DNA of 64,000 nucleotides from Octopus vulgaris (Eukaryota). The position numbers were made by a program, and so were the translations under genes. The first letter of the stretch is position 1. Every line of letters begins with the position of its first letter. The notes under the pieces are model-generated. The model was not told the DNA's origin and searched no databases. It saw only the letters and a program-made list of their open reading frames with translations. The stretch is from the NCBI GenBank assembly GCA_951406725.2, contig OX597820.1, forward strand, positions 1,922,001 through 1,986,000, in the 5' to 3' direction. Shown one piece after another: positions 1-14,950 of this stretch.

Positions 1-56
1 TTTCAAGACATTGATTGATTGATGTTAATTTTGTTACATTTTTTTATAGACATAAA

Positions 57-440
57 TGTGGTAAATGGCTTGCTTACGAACCACATGGTTCTGGTTTCAG
101 TCCCACTACGAGGCAACTTGGGCAAGTGTCTTTTACTATAGCCTCAGGCCAACCAAAGCCTTGTGAGTGGATTTGCTAGACGGAAACTGAAAGAAGCCCG
201 TCATACATATGTATATGTATGTATGCGTGTGTATATGTTTGTGTGTCTGTGTTTGTCCCTCCAACATCACTTGACAACCGATGCTAGTGTGTTTACGTCC
301 CCATAACTTAGTGGTTCGGCAAAAAAGACAGATAGAATAGGTACTAGGCTTACAAAAAATAAGTCCTTGTGTCGATTTGCTTGACTAAAGTTGGTGTTCC
401 AGCATGGCTGCAGTCACATGACTGAAACAAGTAAAAGAGT
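57..440 (+). mobile_element. tRNA-derived SINE, family A (internal microsatellite, LINE-like 3' tail)
   Basis: A/B-box-like head (gtggtaaat...ggtttcagtccc), conserved body, tail ggtgttccagcatggctgcagtcacatgactgaaacaagtaaaaga; more than 12 copies in the window. Confidence 0.85.
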
Positions 441-445
441 TTCAT

Positions 446-965
446 CTTTTACTTGTTTCAGTCATTAGACTACGGCCATGCTGGAGCACTGCCTTGAAGA
501 GGTTTTTAGTTGAACGAATCGACCCCACTACTTATATTTTTACTTGAAGTCGGGAACTTATTTTATCAGCCTCTTTTGTCAAACTGCTAGGTTACTGGGA
601 CGTAAAGACACCAACACCGATTAAGTGGTGGTGAGACCACTAGCGTAGCTAGAGTATGTGCTGCCCGGGGCGGCCCCTGAACCCCACAAAAAACACATAT
701 TGCCAACAGCAGACCCAAAAATGGTGCCCCTTTAAAAGCGCTCACACCCTCAGGGGTGGACGGCTTCTGTCCACCCACTACACTTGTGGGTAGGAAACAC
801 ACACACACATATCTACGACGGTCTTCCTTCAGTCTGCGTCCACCAAATCCACTCACAAGGCTTTGATCAACTTGAGGCTATGGTAGAAAAGACTTACCCA
901 AGGTGCCAAGCAGTGGGATTGAACTTGCAAACATGTGGTTGAGAAGTAAACTTCTTCCACGCCTG
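446..965 (-). mobile_element. SINE family A, interrupted by a ~140-bp GC-rich MITE-like insert (~640-783)
   Basis: Reverse-complement match to family A; the insert begins tagcgtagctag, similar to 52124. Confidence 0.8.
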
Positions 966-1707
966 TACCTCGTAGAGTAGTATTTTTAATAAACTCTACT
1001 TTTGGTATCTACCATGCATTGCAGTATTTTATAAACAACTTTGATGTACGGCCATTGTTTTTCTTTTTCGTTTTTGCCAATGTTTGGCTAGAAACGTCTG
1101 CGACTCTGGCAATCCTGATCTTCCGATTCAGAAACCAAAACTTAACCGGAAAGACACAGAAGTTATGAGTCAAGCAAGCAGCAGCATTTGAATTTGCTCC
1201 TTCTGTCAGCCTATAATGAAGAAGAGGAAGTTAACTCATAAATACCTAAGTAGCTCGACTGGGTCAACACTCGTGTCCGATATATAAGTTAACGGCATTA
1301 AACGACGAGTAACCTTTAGAAAGATTTTATCGCTTTTAATGGATACAACGTAATTAAATGTTGGGCAGAGTTCGTCAGTTTTTGCTTAGAGGAGGGGAAA
1401 TTATAATAACAGTTAGCTAAAACATGTTGAGTTTCATTTCAAAAACATTTGTTCGATTTCGTTGTAAGATACTCCTTCAATCGAAAAAGTTCTTGTTGCG
1501 ACAAAATAAATAAATCTATGAAAGAATTTTTAAAAGGTGACAAAGAATATTTTACGTTGTTAAAAATATTTTTGCCATTTGTTGTATCTCCACAACAGAT
1601 GAAAATAAACGATACCTCAACCGACTTTATTTACAAACGAATTATAAGTAAAATTTCTTTCATTCTAGATAAATTTTATGATCGCTTTAAGGTCTCATCT
1701 CTCTCTC

Positions 1708-1764
<57 letters not shown>

Positions 1765-1994
1765 GCGCGCACACACAAAGACGTCTTCCGTTTAAGTGGG
1801 ATCGATATTTGTCTTCTTTTTCACATAAACACTCTTCTGAATTCAAATTTACGTTAGAAAACAAGGTTCAATCTTACCATATTAATTAATACTCACACAC
1901 ATCATATCACTTCACAAGGTTATAGCAACTTTCAATATATTAGTTAATCTACGTTTCACCAAATAAAGTATAATCTAGGTTATAAATAACTCAC

Positions 1995-2043
1995 CTCTGT
2001 TTATGAGAAGTACGATGAGTAAAAACTTCAAACTGGTCGACAT
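1995..2043 (-). CDS. First coding exon of a secreted/membrane protein (signal peptide MSTSLKFLLIVLLINR+1 nt); gene continues off the left edge
   Basis: aaaATG context, basic residue followed by a hydrophobic core, consensus donor AG|GTGAGT at 1994-1989, 49 nt = phase-1 intron, non-repetitive context. Confidence 0.6.
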
Positions 2044-2769
2044 TTTAATTGATGGTAACATAATTAATGATTTGGTTCGTTTTATGTTTAATTCGTTTTA
2101 TGTTTTAATTAAGAGTCGGATGAATAAATTACTTGGTAAAATTTTCACGTGTTTCTTTACGAAACTCGAATAAAAAAAAACTTTGTTACAATCGGACAGG
2201 TAAAAACATACACCTTTGAAAGACGTCACACCTGAACTTCTGGTTTAATGAAGGGAGATAATTGTTTCACTGTTGCCGTCACCTGTGGACAGGTAAGGAA
2301 TGTTAAATATTTTTAACGGTGGACGGGGGTTCTAAAGGGATTGAACGATTGTTCTGATGGCTTTTAAGAAGTTTCGACAACAAAGGATGAAGGAAGGTGT
2401 TTTCGTATCGAAACTAACAATATTGAAATATCGATTTTCTCTCTTATTTACGAAAAGCCATACAAATACATTGAGAGACTTCGTGATTCATGTTTTCTTG
2501 TTTAATGTTTGATCATTGATCAACACTAAGCGAGTTGGCCAGCGATCAAAGACATTCCAACTGTGACCACCTTGTCTATATGTATATCTTTACAAGCGCA
2601 GGTATGGCTGTGCGGTCAAGAAGCCCGCTTTGTTATTACATGCGTTCAGGTTCAGTCCCATTGCGCGGCACCTTGGGTAAGTGCCTCCTGTTATTGCCCC
2701 GGCTTGACCAGTAGCATGAGAGTGAAGTTGGTAAATGGAAACGGTGTGGAAGTGCGCCGGACAAAGTAC

Positions 2770-2935
2770 GTAGCGGCGTTTCTTCCGGCTCTTTAGGTTC
2801 TGAGTTCACATTTCATCCTATCGAGGTCGATAAACTAAAATACTTGTCAAGTGCTGGGGGGGGGGATGTAATCGACTTGTCCCCCCCACCGCCCGCCTTA
2901 AAATTTCAAGTCTTGTGCAAAAATTAGAAGGAATT
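2770..2935 (+). mobile_element. SINE family B, degenerate (preceded by a partial family A head at ~2598-2760)
   Basis: ttctgagttca...tttcatcctatcgaggtcgataaa...gatgtaatcgact matches family B. Confidence 0.6.
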
Positions 2936-2940
2936 ATGAC

Positions 2941-3640
2941 ATGTCACAAAAAAAAGAAAAGAATTCTGTACGACAAGCGACAATGTTCCGTATGGTGATA
3001 TCTACCGAAGGAAGTACCGAAGCACTTTGCCAAACTAAAATGGTCGGTAAATGGAATGATTCTCTTCGAAATCTTGAATCTAGACGAAAGTGAAGCATTG
3101 CCAAAGAAATCAACGAAACACAACGAGGACTGCAACGCATCGATCTAACATCGATCAGTCGGAAAGGATCGATTCTTCGTGACAACCACCGACCAAAAGT
3201 CTCAAAAATGAGTCATCATCATCATCATCATCATCATCAATCCTCAGACTTTACAGTCTTGAGCCCAAGGACTCACAAGAATAGTTACCTTGTTACCCGG
3301 TTCCCGTGGCTTACAAGTGATCGAGACGAAACCATTCCCCCAGAACGGAAGAATACTGTTACTTCGCTGAGTGGATTGGAACGACGCAAAAGAGAGCCTG
3401 TTTGCTCAAGAACAAAACGCACCACCCGGTCCGACAATCGAAACTGCGATCTCGTGATCACGAGTGCAATACTCGCAACATTAACTGAGCCATGAAACTC
3501 GGCTCCATTCAATAGACTCGAACACATCTCTTCGATCGACAACCAGATTTTCTACAAGCTTCTATAGGTTCCTGCAAGTAAGTTTTCAATAAATAAACGG
3601 CAGCTCAAAACGAACTCAAAGAATTCATTGCTTCCAGTAT
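2941..3640 (+). mobile_element. Highly degenerate mariner-like transposase remnant with inserted SINE pieces
   Basis: Fragmentary similarity to the mariner N-terminal HTH region and C-terminal '...KNELKEFIAS'; interrupted by (CAT)n and a family C fragment (~3285-3495). Confidence 0.35.
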
Positions 3641-3779
3641 ATTCTTTTATCTTTTTCTAGTTCCAGCTTGAGAACTGCGGTCATGCTGCAGCACTGCAGT
3701 TAGCTTTGCTACACGTTCACTACTTGCAACCTCCTTCGGCATTTCGTTTTGGAGAGTTCGATGTTGATCCCTCGTCGGT

Positions 3780-3894
3780 TTTTCCTAAAACTTTCGTTGC
3801 GCTTTGCAACCTTTTCAATAGTCTTGACTCTCAATAGTCTTGAGAGTCAAGAGTCTTGAAAAGGTTGCAAGACGCAACGAAAATTTTAGGAAAA
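3780..3894. repeat. ~55-bp-arm imperfect palindrome (PLE-type inverted terminal repeat)
   Basis: ttttcctaaaactttcgttgcg...cttgactctcaa / ttgagagtcaag...cgcaacgaaaattttaggaaaa are reverse complements. Confidence 0.75.
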
Positions 3895-4051
3895 TAAAAA
3901 TAAGAAATAAGTGGAAATTTTACCGGTGAGTGTGTTACATTATAAGGTACAAAAAGAAAATGACTCTCCCCAGACACAACAGAATATGCTTCAACACACA
4001 AACTCATATGGAGAATCTTGCAAACCAAATCCAAAAACGAAATATATATAT

Positions 4052-6270
<2,219 letters not shown>

Positions 6271-6290
6271 ATACACATATTTTTACATAC

Positions 6291-6410
<120 letters not shown>

Positions 6411-6423
6411 CATATATATATAC

Positions 6424-6484
<61 letters not shown>

Positions 6485-6491
6485 CATATAC

Positions 6492-6576
<85 letters not shown>

Positions 6577-6579
6577 TAA

Positions 6580-7294
6580 ACTTAGATAAACTTAGATATG
6601 TTTCGACCAGAGATTGGTCCAGGCCATGTCTAACTTAATAGCACCACCTGATAGGATTATTCGAATCCTGTTTAAGTCAAGTTTTGTTCAAGTAGTGAGT
6701 TCTTGTTGGGTGAGTTGTATCCAGTTTTGTTCAAGTAGTGAGTTCTTGTTGGGTGAGTTGTATCCAATTATGGGTGGCTTATCTGGTATTCTTTGAAGGA
6801 ATCTATCCAGACTCTGTTTAAAGTTGATGGGATCCTTTTCCTCTTTGATCTCCCTCGGGACAATGTTAAATAGGACAGGGCCTGTTGAGGAAAAGAAATT
6901 ATGTTGCAGTGTACATGTATGTTGTGATCTTGAATTTGGCAGGGGACGTATAGCCCGTGGTCCAAGTCTTGGATGGACCTTGAAGCTAATGTTTAGGTCG
7001 TTTGGGCAAAGTTGGCGGTATATTTTCCACATCGTACAAATGATGTACCGCTCACGGCGACGCTGGAGGGAGTAAAGTTTCAAGGCTTTAAGGCGATCCC
7101 AATAATCGAGAGCAGCCATGCCTTCAATTTGTTTAGTGAGAGCCCTCTGGGGTGACTCAATTCTGGAGATGTTTTGTCTTGTGTGAGGAGACCACAGTGG
7201 GCAGCAGTATTCAAGGTGTGGCCGTACAAAGGAGGAAAAAAGTGGTATGATGACACCTTGTTCTCTGGACCGGAAAGTTCTTAAGATCCAGGAA

Positions 7295-7298
<4 letters not shown>
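6580..7298 (-). mobile_element. CR1/L2-group LINE 3' fragment
   Basis: ILRTF..VRPHLEYCCPLWSP..LYSLQRRRER..; 3' stem-loop and (tctaagttta)2 tail; internal 43-bp tandem duplication at 6680-6765. Confidence 0.9.
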
Positions 7299-7369
<71 letters not shown>

Positions 7370-7370
<1 letters not shown>

Positions 7371-7605
7371 CCATGTTGATTCGCTAGCCTCTGCACGCAT
7401 ATTTTTTCTCTCCTTCTTTCTGTGTTTCTTTTCTGTGTATCTTTCTGTTGAAGAGCGTAGGCTCGAAACGTTAAAGACTTGTTTTATTTATATTTCCTGA
7501 GCGCCATACTAATACAATTGTTTGTTTGTATTCCACCTGCCTTCGTCTTTTGTTTATTTCCGTAAACCTGCCTTCGTCTTTTGTCTATTTTCATAAAGCT
7601 TCCCG
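7370..7605 (+). mobile_element. Penelope-like terminal-repeat fragment with a variant hammerhead motif (~7441-7478)
   Basis: ttgaagagcgtaggctcgaaacgtta; same family as 54610-54950 in reverse orientation. Confidence 0.55.
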
Positions 7606-7626
7606 TTATATATATATGTATATATA

Positions 7627-7692
<66 letters not shown>

Positions 7693-7794
7693 CATATACA
7701 TATATATACTTATACATACATACATACATACATACATACATACATACACATACACACACACACATATTCACATACACACACATAGGGTAAAGGA

Positions 7795-8123
7795 TAAAGA
7801 CTCCTTTCGGTCATGAATGACCATGGGATTGCACCTAGATAGTTACCCTCCGAGGCACAAGTCCGGGCAAGGTGGTTTGTGGAAGGCCAGCAGTCGCCCA
7901 TGCATACCAGCCTCCCCTCTCCACACCACTGGTGTTATCCAAGGGAAAGGCAAAGGGGCCGATACAGCTCGGCACCTGTGACGTCACAACTCATTTCCAC
8001 AGCTGAGTGAACTGGAGCAATGTGAAATAAAGTGTCTTGCTCGAGAACGCAACACGCAGCTCGGTCCGGAATCGAACTCACTCCCTCATGGTTGGGAGCC
8101 CAACGCTCTAACGACTGAGCTAT
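7795..8123 (-). mobile_element. tRNA-derived SINE, family C-related (CORE-like central domain)
   Basis: tRNA-like head on the minus strand (agctcagtcgttagagcgttggg..gagttcgattcc) plus ttgctccagttcactcagctg core. Confidence 0.75.
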
Positions 8124-8379
8124 GCTTGGCAAAAATGAATAGATTCTCATGATTATTGTTTCAGCTCAGACTAATTTTATGGTGATTTATTCGTAACTGC
8201 GATAACTGAACCTTTATTTACAATTCCGTCTGAGAAGAGAGAAGTTGATTGCAGAGAGAACTTGACCGCAAATAGAGATTTTGCGATTGTTGAAATAACG
8301 AACCAAATCACTAACACAGGGAGGGGGCGATCAACCAGTTCAAAGCCACAATTATGCACAGCAGACATTGAAACCAAGG

Positions 8380-8560
8380 ACTTGTGTGCTGAAGCATTGT
8401 CCTAATGAAACCAGACCCCATTCATCAGTTTTTCTGGGTGTTTGGTCTTGATAGCCTTTCATAACTGCCTCAGCCAGTTGGCATTGAACTTTCCATTGAT
8501 GCTGTGATCATTATGAAGATAGTCAATAAACACAATATTTTTTGCATTAACGTAGAGTAT
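8380..8560 (-). mobile_element. Mariner transposase remnant
   Basis: Minus-strand translation gives GVWFH*DNASAH-like second catalytic-Asp region. Confidence 0.45.
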
Positions 8561-9276
8561 ATGTAATAATGTGAAGTATATTTTGCATATTAAAATGTTT
8601 CATTTTGGAAATATATCGAGCAGAGCAAACATAAGCAGTAGAAATACAAATTGCAAGCATTTCAAAATGTGGGACACTACATGACGAAAACCAACAAGAA
8701 AAAAAAACAGGAAGAAAATAGTGTTGCTTGTGTTCCAAAGGTAAAATGAAGAAGTTCAGGGGAAGGATTGAAAGTTGGGAAAGAAGGGAAGAAAGGTAGA
8801 AGGAAAGAAAAGAATGAGAAGTGGAAAGGTAAACCGGGCGTGTGAGGTGAGTGGTAGGCAGGGGATGAAGCAAAATACATGTCTTACCTAAATAAGTAGA
8901 AAAAAAAGATGAGTGAAAAGAAGCTGGATGGTCTTTTGGTGCCAAAAAGTGAAGAAAGAGAGAGGCAGAGTGGAGTAGAGAAGGCTGGTTGAGTGCAGGT
9001 AGGAGGAAGAGGGAGTGAAGAGAAAGAAAGGGAATAAAGATAGACAGTGGGTAGTTGAGAGAGATGGTGAGAGGAAGAAATGGAAGGCAGTAGAGAGAGA
9101 GAGAGAGAGAGAGAGGGGGGGAGAGAGAAATAGACGGGGGAGGTTTTGTGCACAAGAGGAGAGAGGAGGACAGAGAAAAATAGATAGAAAAGAGAGAAAG
9201 TCTTGCATCAAATATTGAAGAATGAGTAGGAAAAGAAGTGGGGCGGGGGGTGACATTGAGTAACAGCCATAAAATG

Positions 9277-9321
<45 letters not shown>

Positions 9322-9339
9322 GATGAAGGAAATCGTTGT

Positions 9340-9712
9340 ATACAGTGTTCAGGTGCACTACAACAACTAAAAAAAGGCCATCAGGTGTACTGTTGGCGGA
9401 TTTCAGGAAGTTTTCAAGGATGCAGTGCCTCGACAGCTAACAACTGATGCGGGTGGTTTATTCCAAACTTCAGCAATTCTGAGTGTGAAAAAATATTTCC
9501 GAAAGAAATTGGCATCTATATAATTAATATATGCAACAAACAGTAGGGGTCCAAGAACGAACCCCTGTGGTACACCAAAAGTCATCTCGTAGGGTGAAGA
9601 ATGATGTCCTAGAACCATAACTACCACTTTCCGGTCGACAATGAAGGAATTCAGCCAGTTATAAAGATTATCCTTCACACCCATTGACCCTTTGCAGAGA
9701 GTTTTACCATGA
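9340..9712 (-). mobile_element. CR1-type LINE fragment with internal deletion
   Basis: GVPQGFVLGPLLF (RT motif) fused to 'FFTLRIAEVWN' (CR1 C-terminus). Confidence 0.8.
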
Positions 9713-9739
9713 GAAGTGGATGGGAGTTCAATCTTTGGG

Positions 9740-9795
<56 letters not shown>

Positions 9796-9796
9796 T

Positions 9797-11850
9797 TAGT
9801 TTGATTGAATCACATGAACAACATGTAGAACACATTAAAAGGGTATTCGAAAAGAATACGGCTTCAATTTAATGGGAGAAAAATGCAAGTTCTTTATGAA
9901 AAAAATACCTGGACCAGATAATAGATCAAAACGGACGGAAAATGGATCCATTCAGAGCACCTGTGATAAAAAAATATGCCCACATTGAATAATGTGAATA
10001 TGGTTCAAGCATTCTTGGGTTTAGTAAATCATTATCAAATTTGCATTCCCAAAATACATAATGTAAGGACCCCACTCTGTTAAAGAAAAATATAAAATGG
10101 TGTTGGACTGATAAGTCCCAGAAGGTATTTGACGAGTTAAAAAGTATTTTAACATCGGACTTATCTTTAACGCATTTTGATTCAAAGTTGGATATCATTT
10201 TGGTTACAGATGCGGTTGAGTACGGTGCAGGAGCCGTGCTTCTGCACAAATATGACGATTGGAGTAAAAAGGCGATAGCCCATGCTTCACGATTATTATT
10301 ACCAGCTGAAAGGAACTGTAGTCAGATAGAAAAGGAAGCGTTTGCAATCATACACGGTGTGAAAAAATTCCAGAGATTTGTTCATGGAAGAAGTTTCTGT
10401 CTGCAAACGGATCATCACCCATTACTGTCAATTACAGCTCTAAAAAAGGAATACTAACACACACAGCAAATAGATTACAACTGTAGCGAGTTAGGCATAG
10501 TTCAGTTGTGCAGTGGCTGACTCCAGCCAATCAGGGATAGAGGCGTATGAATAAAAAACTGCAGTGAAGAGGCAGTTTCAAATTAGTTGATGAATTAACT
10601 GCCTTGAAGCAACATCACTTTCTTTGAAATGCAACGATATTTGTGTTCTCCACCAACTTCGGGCAACTTATGTGAATGATATCAGCTACAACTCTGCTTC
10701 AACATGAGCGGTACATTCGCATACATTTGCAGATTAATCGTTGTTACTACTACTTGCCAGCACTCGTTATATTTAAATAAAGTTTAAATGGCCGGACTTC
10801 TGAACACTCTGCACACTGCAATGAACTTCATACATTAAATCACAGAACACTCACTCCAAATTACTGGCTGTTTATACTAAATTAGTGACTCACTAAACAA
10901 CGATGGGGCACTACTTTATTGAATTAGGACTACAAAAGGGAATATTTACCGTCAAAAACCTAGGGCTTGCGGATGGTATGACCAGATTGATACCGAAACA
11001 CTGCTAGCCATTCAATGATACGGTAATCGCAGCCTTAAGAGCAGAAGGAACAAATTTTTTAAATGTAATAAAGAATGTGGTACGCGAATTACCAATAACC
11101 CTAGAAGATATAAAGCAAAATGCGGTAAAAGACTAATTCATAAGAGAAGTGGAAAGAACACTGTGGTCAGGAAAAGTAAATAGGAACCGGATTGGTGCGA
11201 AAGAAAACCAAGACATGACCCTACACTCAATTTTTGATGGCGAACTGATTTATGCAGAGAGAGTAGTGATACTTGAAACACTACGAAAGGAAATGTTGAG
11301 AGAATTTCCTGGTATTTCGAGGATGAAAGCTTTAATGCACAACTAGGAGTATTGGCCAAAAATGGAAAGAGAAATCGAAAATTTGGTGGGAGGATGTGCT
11401 CTAGCAGCAAAATCACTGATGATGAAAACGTGAACCTTGGCCAAAAGCAAATGTTCCGTAGTCGAGACTAGACATCGATTTCGCTGGTCCCTTAAATGGT
11501 TCATACTACTTAGTGGTAGTTGATAGTTTCTCTAAATGGCCAGAAATTTGTAAGTATTAAAAAACTAACCTCAAAACCTCCGAAAAGGGAGGTGGGGTGA
11601 TATAAAAAGCATTGCTATTAAAAGAAATAAAATGACACTCTCTAAGAAGAAAAGGAAAACTTAAAATGGGAGATGTTGTGGGGATAATAGTAATTATAGT
11701 ACACACCATCCACGTGACAAGTGGTATGTGCTAGTCATTATAAATAGGGCGATGTCGGTCAGTATAGAGAGAGAGTACAAAGTAGACGGTCATAGATAGT
11801 TGTGGTCTTAGTTGTCTAACTAACTACACTGTTGATATAGTCTCTGCAAG
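9797..11850 (+). mobile_element. Degenerate Ty3/Gypsy LTR retrotransposon (RT end, RNase H, integrase, PPT, 3' LTR)
   Basis: TDAVEYGAGAVL, SQIEKEA, TDHHPL; integrase SRLDIDFAGP..VVVDSFSKWPE; purine tract aaaatgggaga followed by TGTTGTGGGG at 11674, TATAAATA inside the LTR. Confidence 0.9.
10482..10897. mobile_element. Probable solo LTR nested in the Gypsy pol
   Basis: Ends TGTAGCGAGT...ACTCACTAAA (8/10 inverted), 4-bp TSD CAAC (10478-81, 10898-901); removing it restores ANRLQRWG. Confidence 0.75.
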
Positions 11851-12311
11851 GTAGTGAACATTTGTGAAAAATGTTTTTTTTTTATTTTCAAAGTCAAAAA
11901 TGCCGTAAATGTTACTCACTGTGCCTCGCCCACCCCTAATGGAAACTGGAAAAACATACTTTCAGAAATAGCTTTTCGAATTTTCCTGTTTTTATCGGGA
12001 TTTCACCCCGGCTTCTTTTTTCCTTTTTTCTTTTTTTTTTCCACGCATTGCAAAATAATGAAGAATCCGTTTTAAAAGAAGAAGAATCCACGTCTTTATC
12101 CACCACCTCACACACACACATCACGTGTTTGGAACAGCATCACCCACAGCAATGATTTTCTCCTTTTTCGTGATTTTCTGTCATGTTATCTTATTCCCCA
12201 TCCTGAAGCATTTGTGACTCGCATCGAAAGAACAGAGAAATGCTTCCCTTCTTCGCCACTTCTTTGTACTTTTTACAATGAAACAAAAGTTAGATACTCT
12301 TTCCAACTTTA

Positions 12312-12560
12312 AGGCACATGGCCTGAAATTTTAAGGGGAGAGGCCAGTCGATTAGATCGACCCCAGTACGCAACTGATATTTAATTCGACCCCGAAAGGA
12401 TGAAAGGCAAAGTCGACCTCAGCAGAATTTGAACTCAGAACGTAACAGCAGACGAATACCTATTTCTTTACTACCCACAAGGGGCTAAACACAGAGAGGA
12501 CAAACAAGGACAGACAAACGGATTAAGTCAATTATGTCGACCCCAGTGCGTAACTGGTAC
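12312..12560 (-). mobile_element. SINE family B (two partial units)
   Basis: cgaccccgaaaggatgaaaggcaaagtcgacctc..gaatttgaactcagaacg. Confidence 0.8.
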
Positions 12561-14426
12561 CCTAGAACAGATTGGGATGATCATTTTCGATGTGTGTACT
12601 CTATCTCATAACGTTGCTTTTGAGTACACTGCGTTCCATAATGTTAGTGAGGGATTTCAGGATAAGATATCCTTGTTTCGGCAGAGTCAACAGGAGACTT
12701 TCGTTAGATACTTTCAGTTATTCCAAAAGACGCAAGACCTCACCAAATCAGACTTTGATTGAAATTATCGAATTTGTGGACGAATTTTAAGGAACTTCAA
12801 CTGAAAACAAACATAAGAGCTTCAGCTAAACAAAAATCAACACTGGTGATTTTGATTTAAAAAAAAAAAAATTTAACTGCTGGAACTTGGAGAAGAGGTT
12901 CTAACATCCGATGAAATTGCGGAACGGTGGGGAATTCTATAACTGATATTAAAGAATTCACATCATTAATTTGACGAACAAAAAAGAAAAAAAGAAAGTC
13001 TTTCCAGCGTTCATCTCAACAACTTCTGTTACAAATGGTGAACGACCAAGAGGTCTCTTACGATGAACAACGAGGAAATAATTTTAGAGTTGCATCGATG
13101 AATTTGTAGACAAGTCTGCAGACCATTGTTTTAGATCCCCCCAAAAATGTGGAGCACTCTAATGAGCTCAACAGCTTGGACTATCTCGCCTACCACACCA
13201 CCGACTCCTACTAACAAAAGGATGTCCATCCATCCGTCCGTCCGTCCGTCCATCTGTCCATCCATCCGTCCATCCATCTGTGTGTGTGTGTGTGTAAAAT
13301 GCTGCTGACTTTTACTCCAGTTCTACGTAATTCTTCCCATAATCAGATATTTTCTTGTTATCTTTCCTATTTTTCGTTTTACTTTCTTTTCTTTTTCTTT
13401 CATTCCCTTATTTTTATCCATTTTCCGACAACTGCTGGAAATTTTCAAGACACCATTTCTTGTAAAGAAAATCTTTAGATTTAAAATGAAGGAAGAATGA
13501 AATCATGGCATATCTTTTGCCTTCTTTCACGAAGCGATAAGGAAACCATTCTTACCCGTTCAATGCAATTATTTAAAGCAGCAATTTAAGGGGAGACTAC
13601 TCTTTAAAATTGCATGATCAACACTGAACGTGGCTATTCTCCCTTGAATCAGTAAAATGAAGTCGACGTGTTTTACCTTAAATATTACTATTAACAATCC
13701 CTGTATGATTTATATAAAACGATTCCTTACACATATGGTGATGACTAGATTTGTCAGAGAGAGGTTTTGTGAAACTGATGTTCTTATTTATTTCTTCACT
13801 GATTTGGAATTTCCAGAGCGACGATTTCCAGAGTGACGATTCAGGAACAATGTCGCCGCACAATATCTTAAAGGAGGCTTTTTAAACATAATTTTATCTG
13901 TTTGCTGGCTGCGCCAATGTTTTACTTTGAGGCAGTATTGCACTTCTCCCGCGCCGAATTTATCTTCATACACCAGTGAATAAACTTTATAATTGAAGAA
14001 AGGCAACAAGGCGGGGGGCGCTTGCTTTGGGTTTCCAGGCGTGTCTCCAGGAAGTCTCCTTTAACAAGGTCTCCACATATCGTCCTGTACCGTCTCAAAT
14101 ATTTTTGTGAACCCTTAATGGTTAATAAAGAAATTATGCCATCGACATTTTCCATCCAAAAGGGTTTTCTAATCCAATATTGGCAAACTAATATTTCTAG
14201 CTTTATCTACTTCGAGTTCTACAGTTAAAAACAAATGAGCATTTTTATTAATATTATCAAAATTATTATTATTGTTGTTGTTGTTGTTGTTGTCTCAGTA
14301 TATTAGGATTCATAAAAGACTAGCTATTTCTTCCCTTTTCGTGCTCATGGTGGATGAGAAATAAATCTGCCCCTGGACAGAACGCCATCTACAACATGAA
14401 ACGTTCTCCCGATTCTATACGTATTA

Positions 14427-14950
14427 GGCGTGACTGCATGGTTAAGAAGCTTGCTTCCCAACACAGTAGTCTTGGGTTCAANNNNNNNNNNNNNNNNNNN
14501 NNNNNNNNNNNNNNNNNNNNNNNNNNNNNNNNNNNNNNNNNNNNNNNNNNNNNNNNNNNNNNNNNNNNNNNNNNNNNNNNNTCCCACAGCATGGCGTCTT
14601 GGGAAACTATCTTCTGATATAGCTCAGGGCTGACCAGAGCCGTGTGAGTGGATTTGGTGCACGGAGAATAAAAGAAGCCCGTCGTGCACGCACGCATGCA
14701 CACACACACATACACACACACACACACACACACATACACATATGTATATCAGTGTGTGTGTGTTTGTGTTTGTTTCAGTGCCACTTCGCTTGGAGACCGG
14801 TGTTGGTTTGTTTAAGCTCCGTAACTTAGCAGTTTCGATGACAGAGGCCAATAAAATAAGTAACAGACTCGAAAAGAAAAATATTAATGAGGGTCGATTT
14901 GGTAATGCCCCAGCATGGCTGCTGTTCAATGAACGAAACAATTAAAAAGT
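14427..14950 (+). mobile_element. SINE family A spanning the assembly gap
   Basis: Head continues across the N run (gggttcaa|N|tcccac). Confidence 0.8.
14482..14581. other. Assembly gap (100 N)
   Basis: Run of n. Confidence 1.

Noticed and set aside
1449-1889. 146-aa ORF
   Set aside because: Non-ATG start, runs through (TA)n, no motif
13936-13957. TATTGCACTTCTCCCGCGCC resembling mature miR-92
   Set aside because: Upstream arm pairs only ~6 bp, so there is no convincing pre-miRNA hairpin, and there are mismatches to the miR-92 3' half
13678-14228. Cluster of short ORFs in non-microsatellite DNA
   Set aside because: No recognisable domain or consistent splice signals; possibly old TE debris
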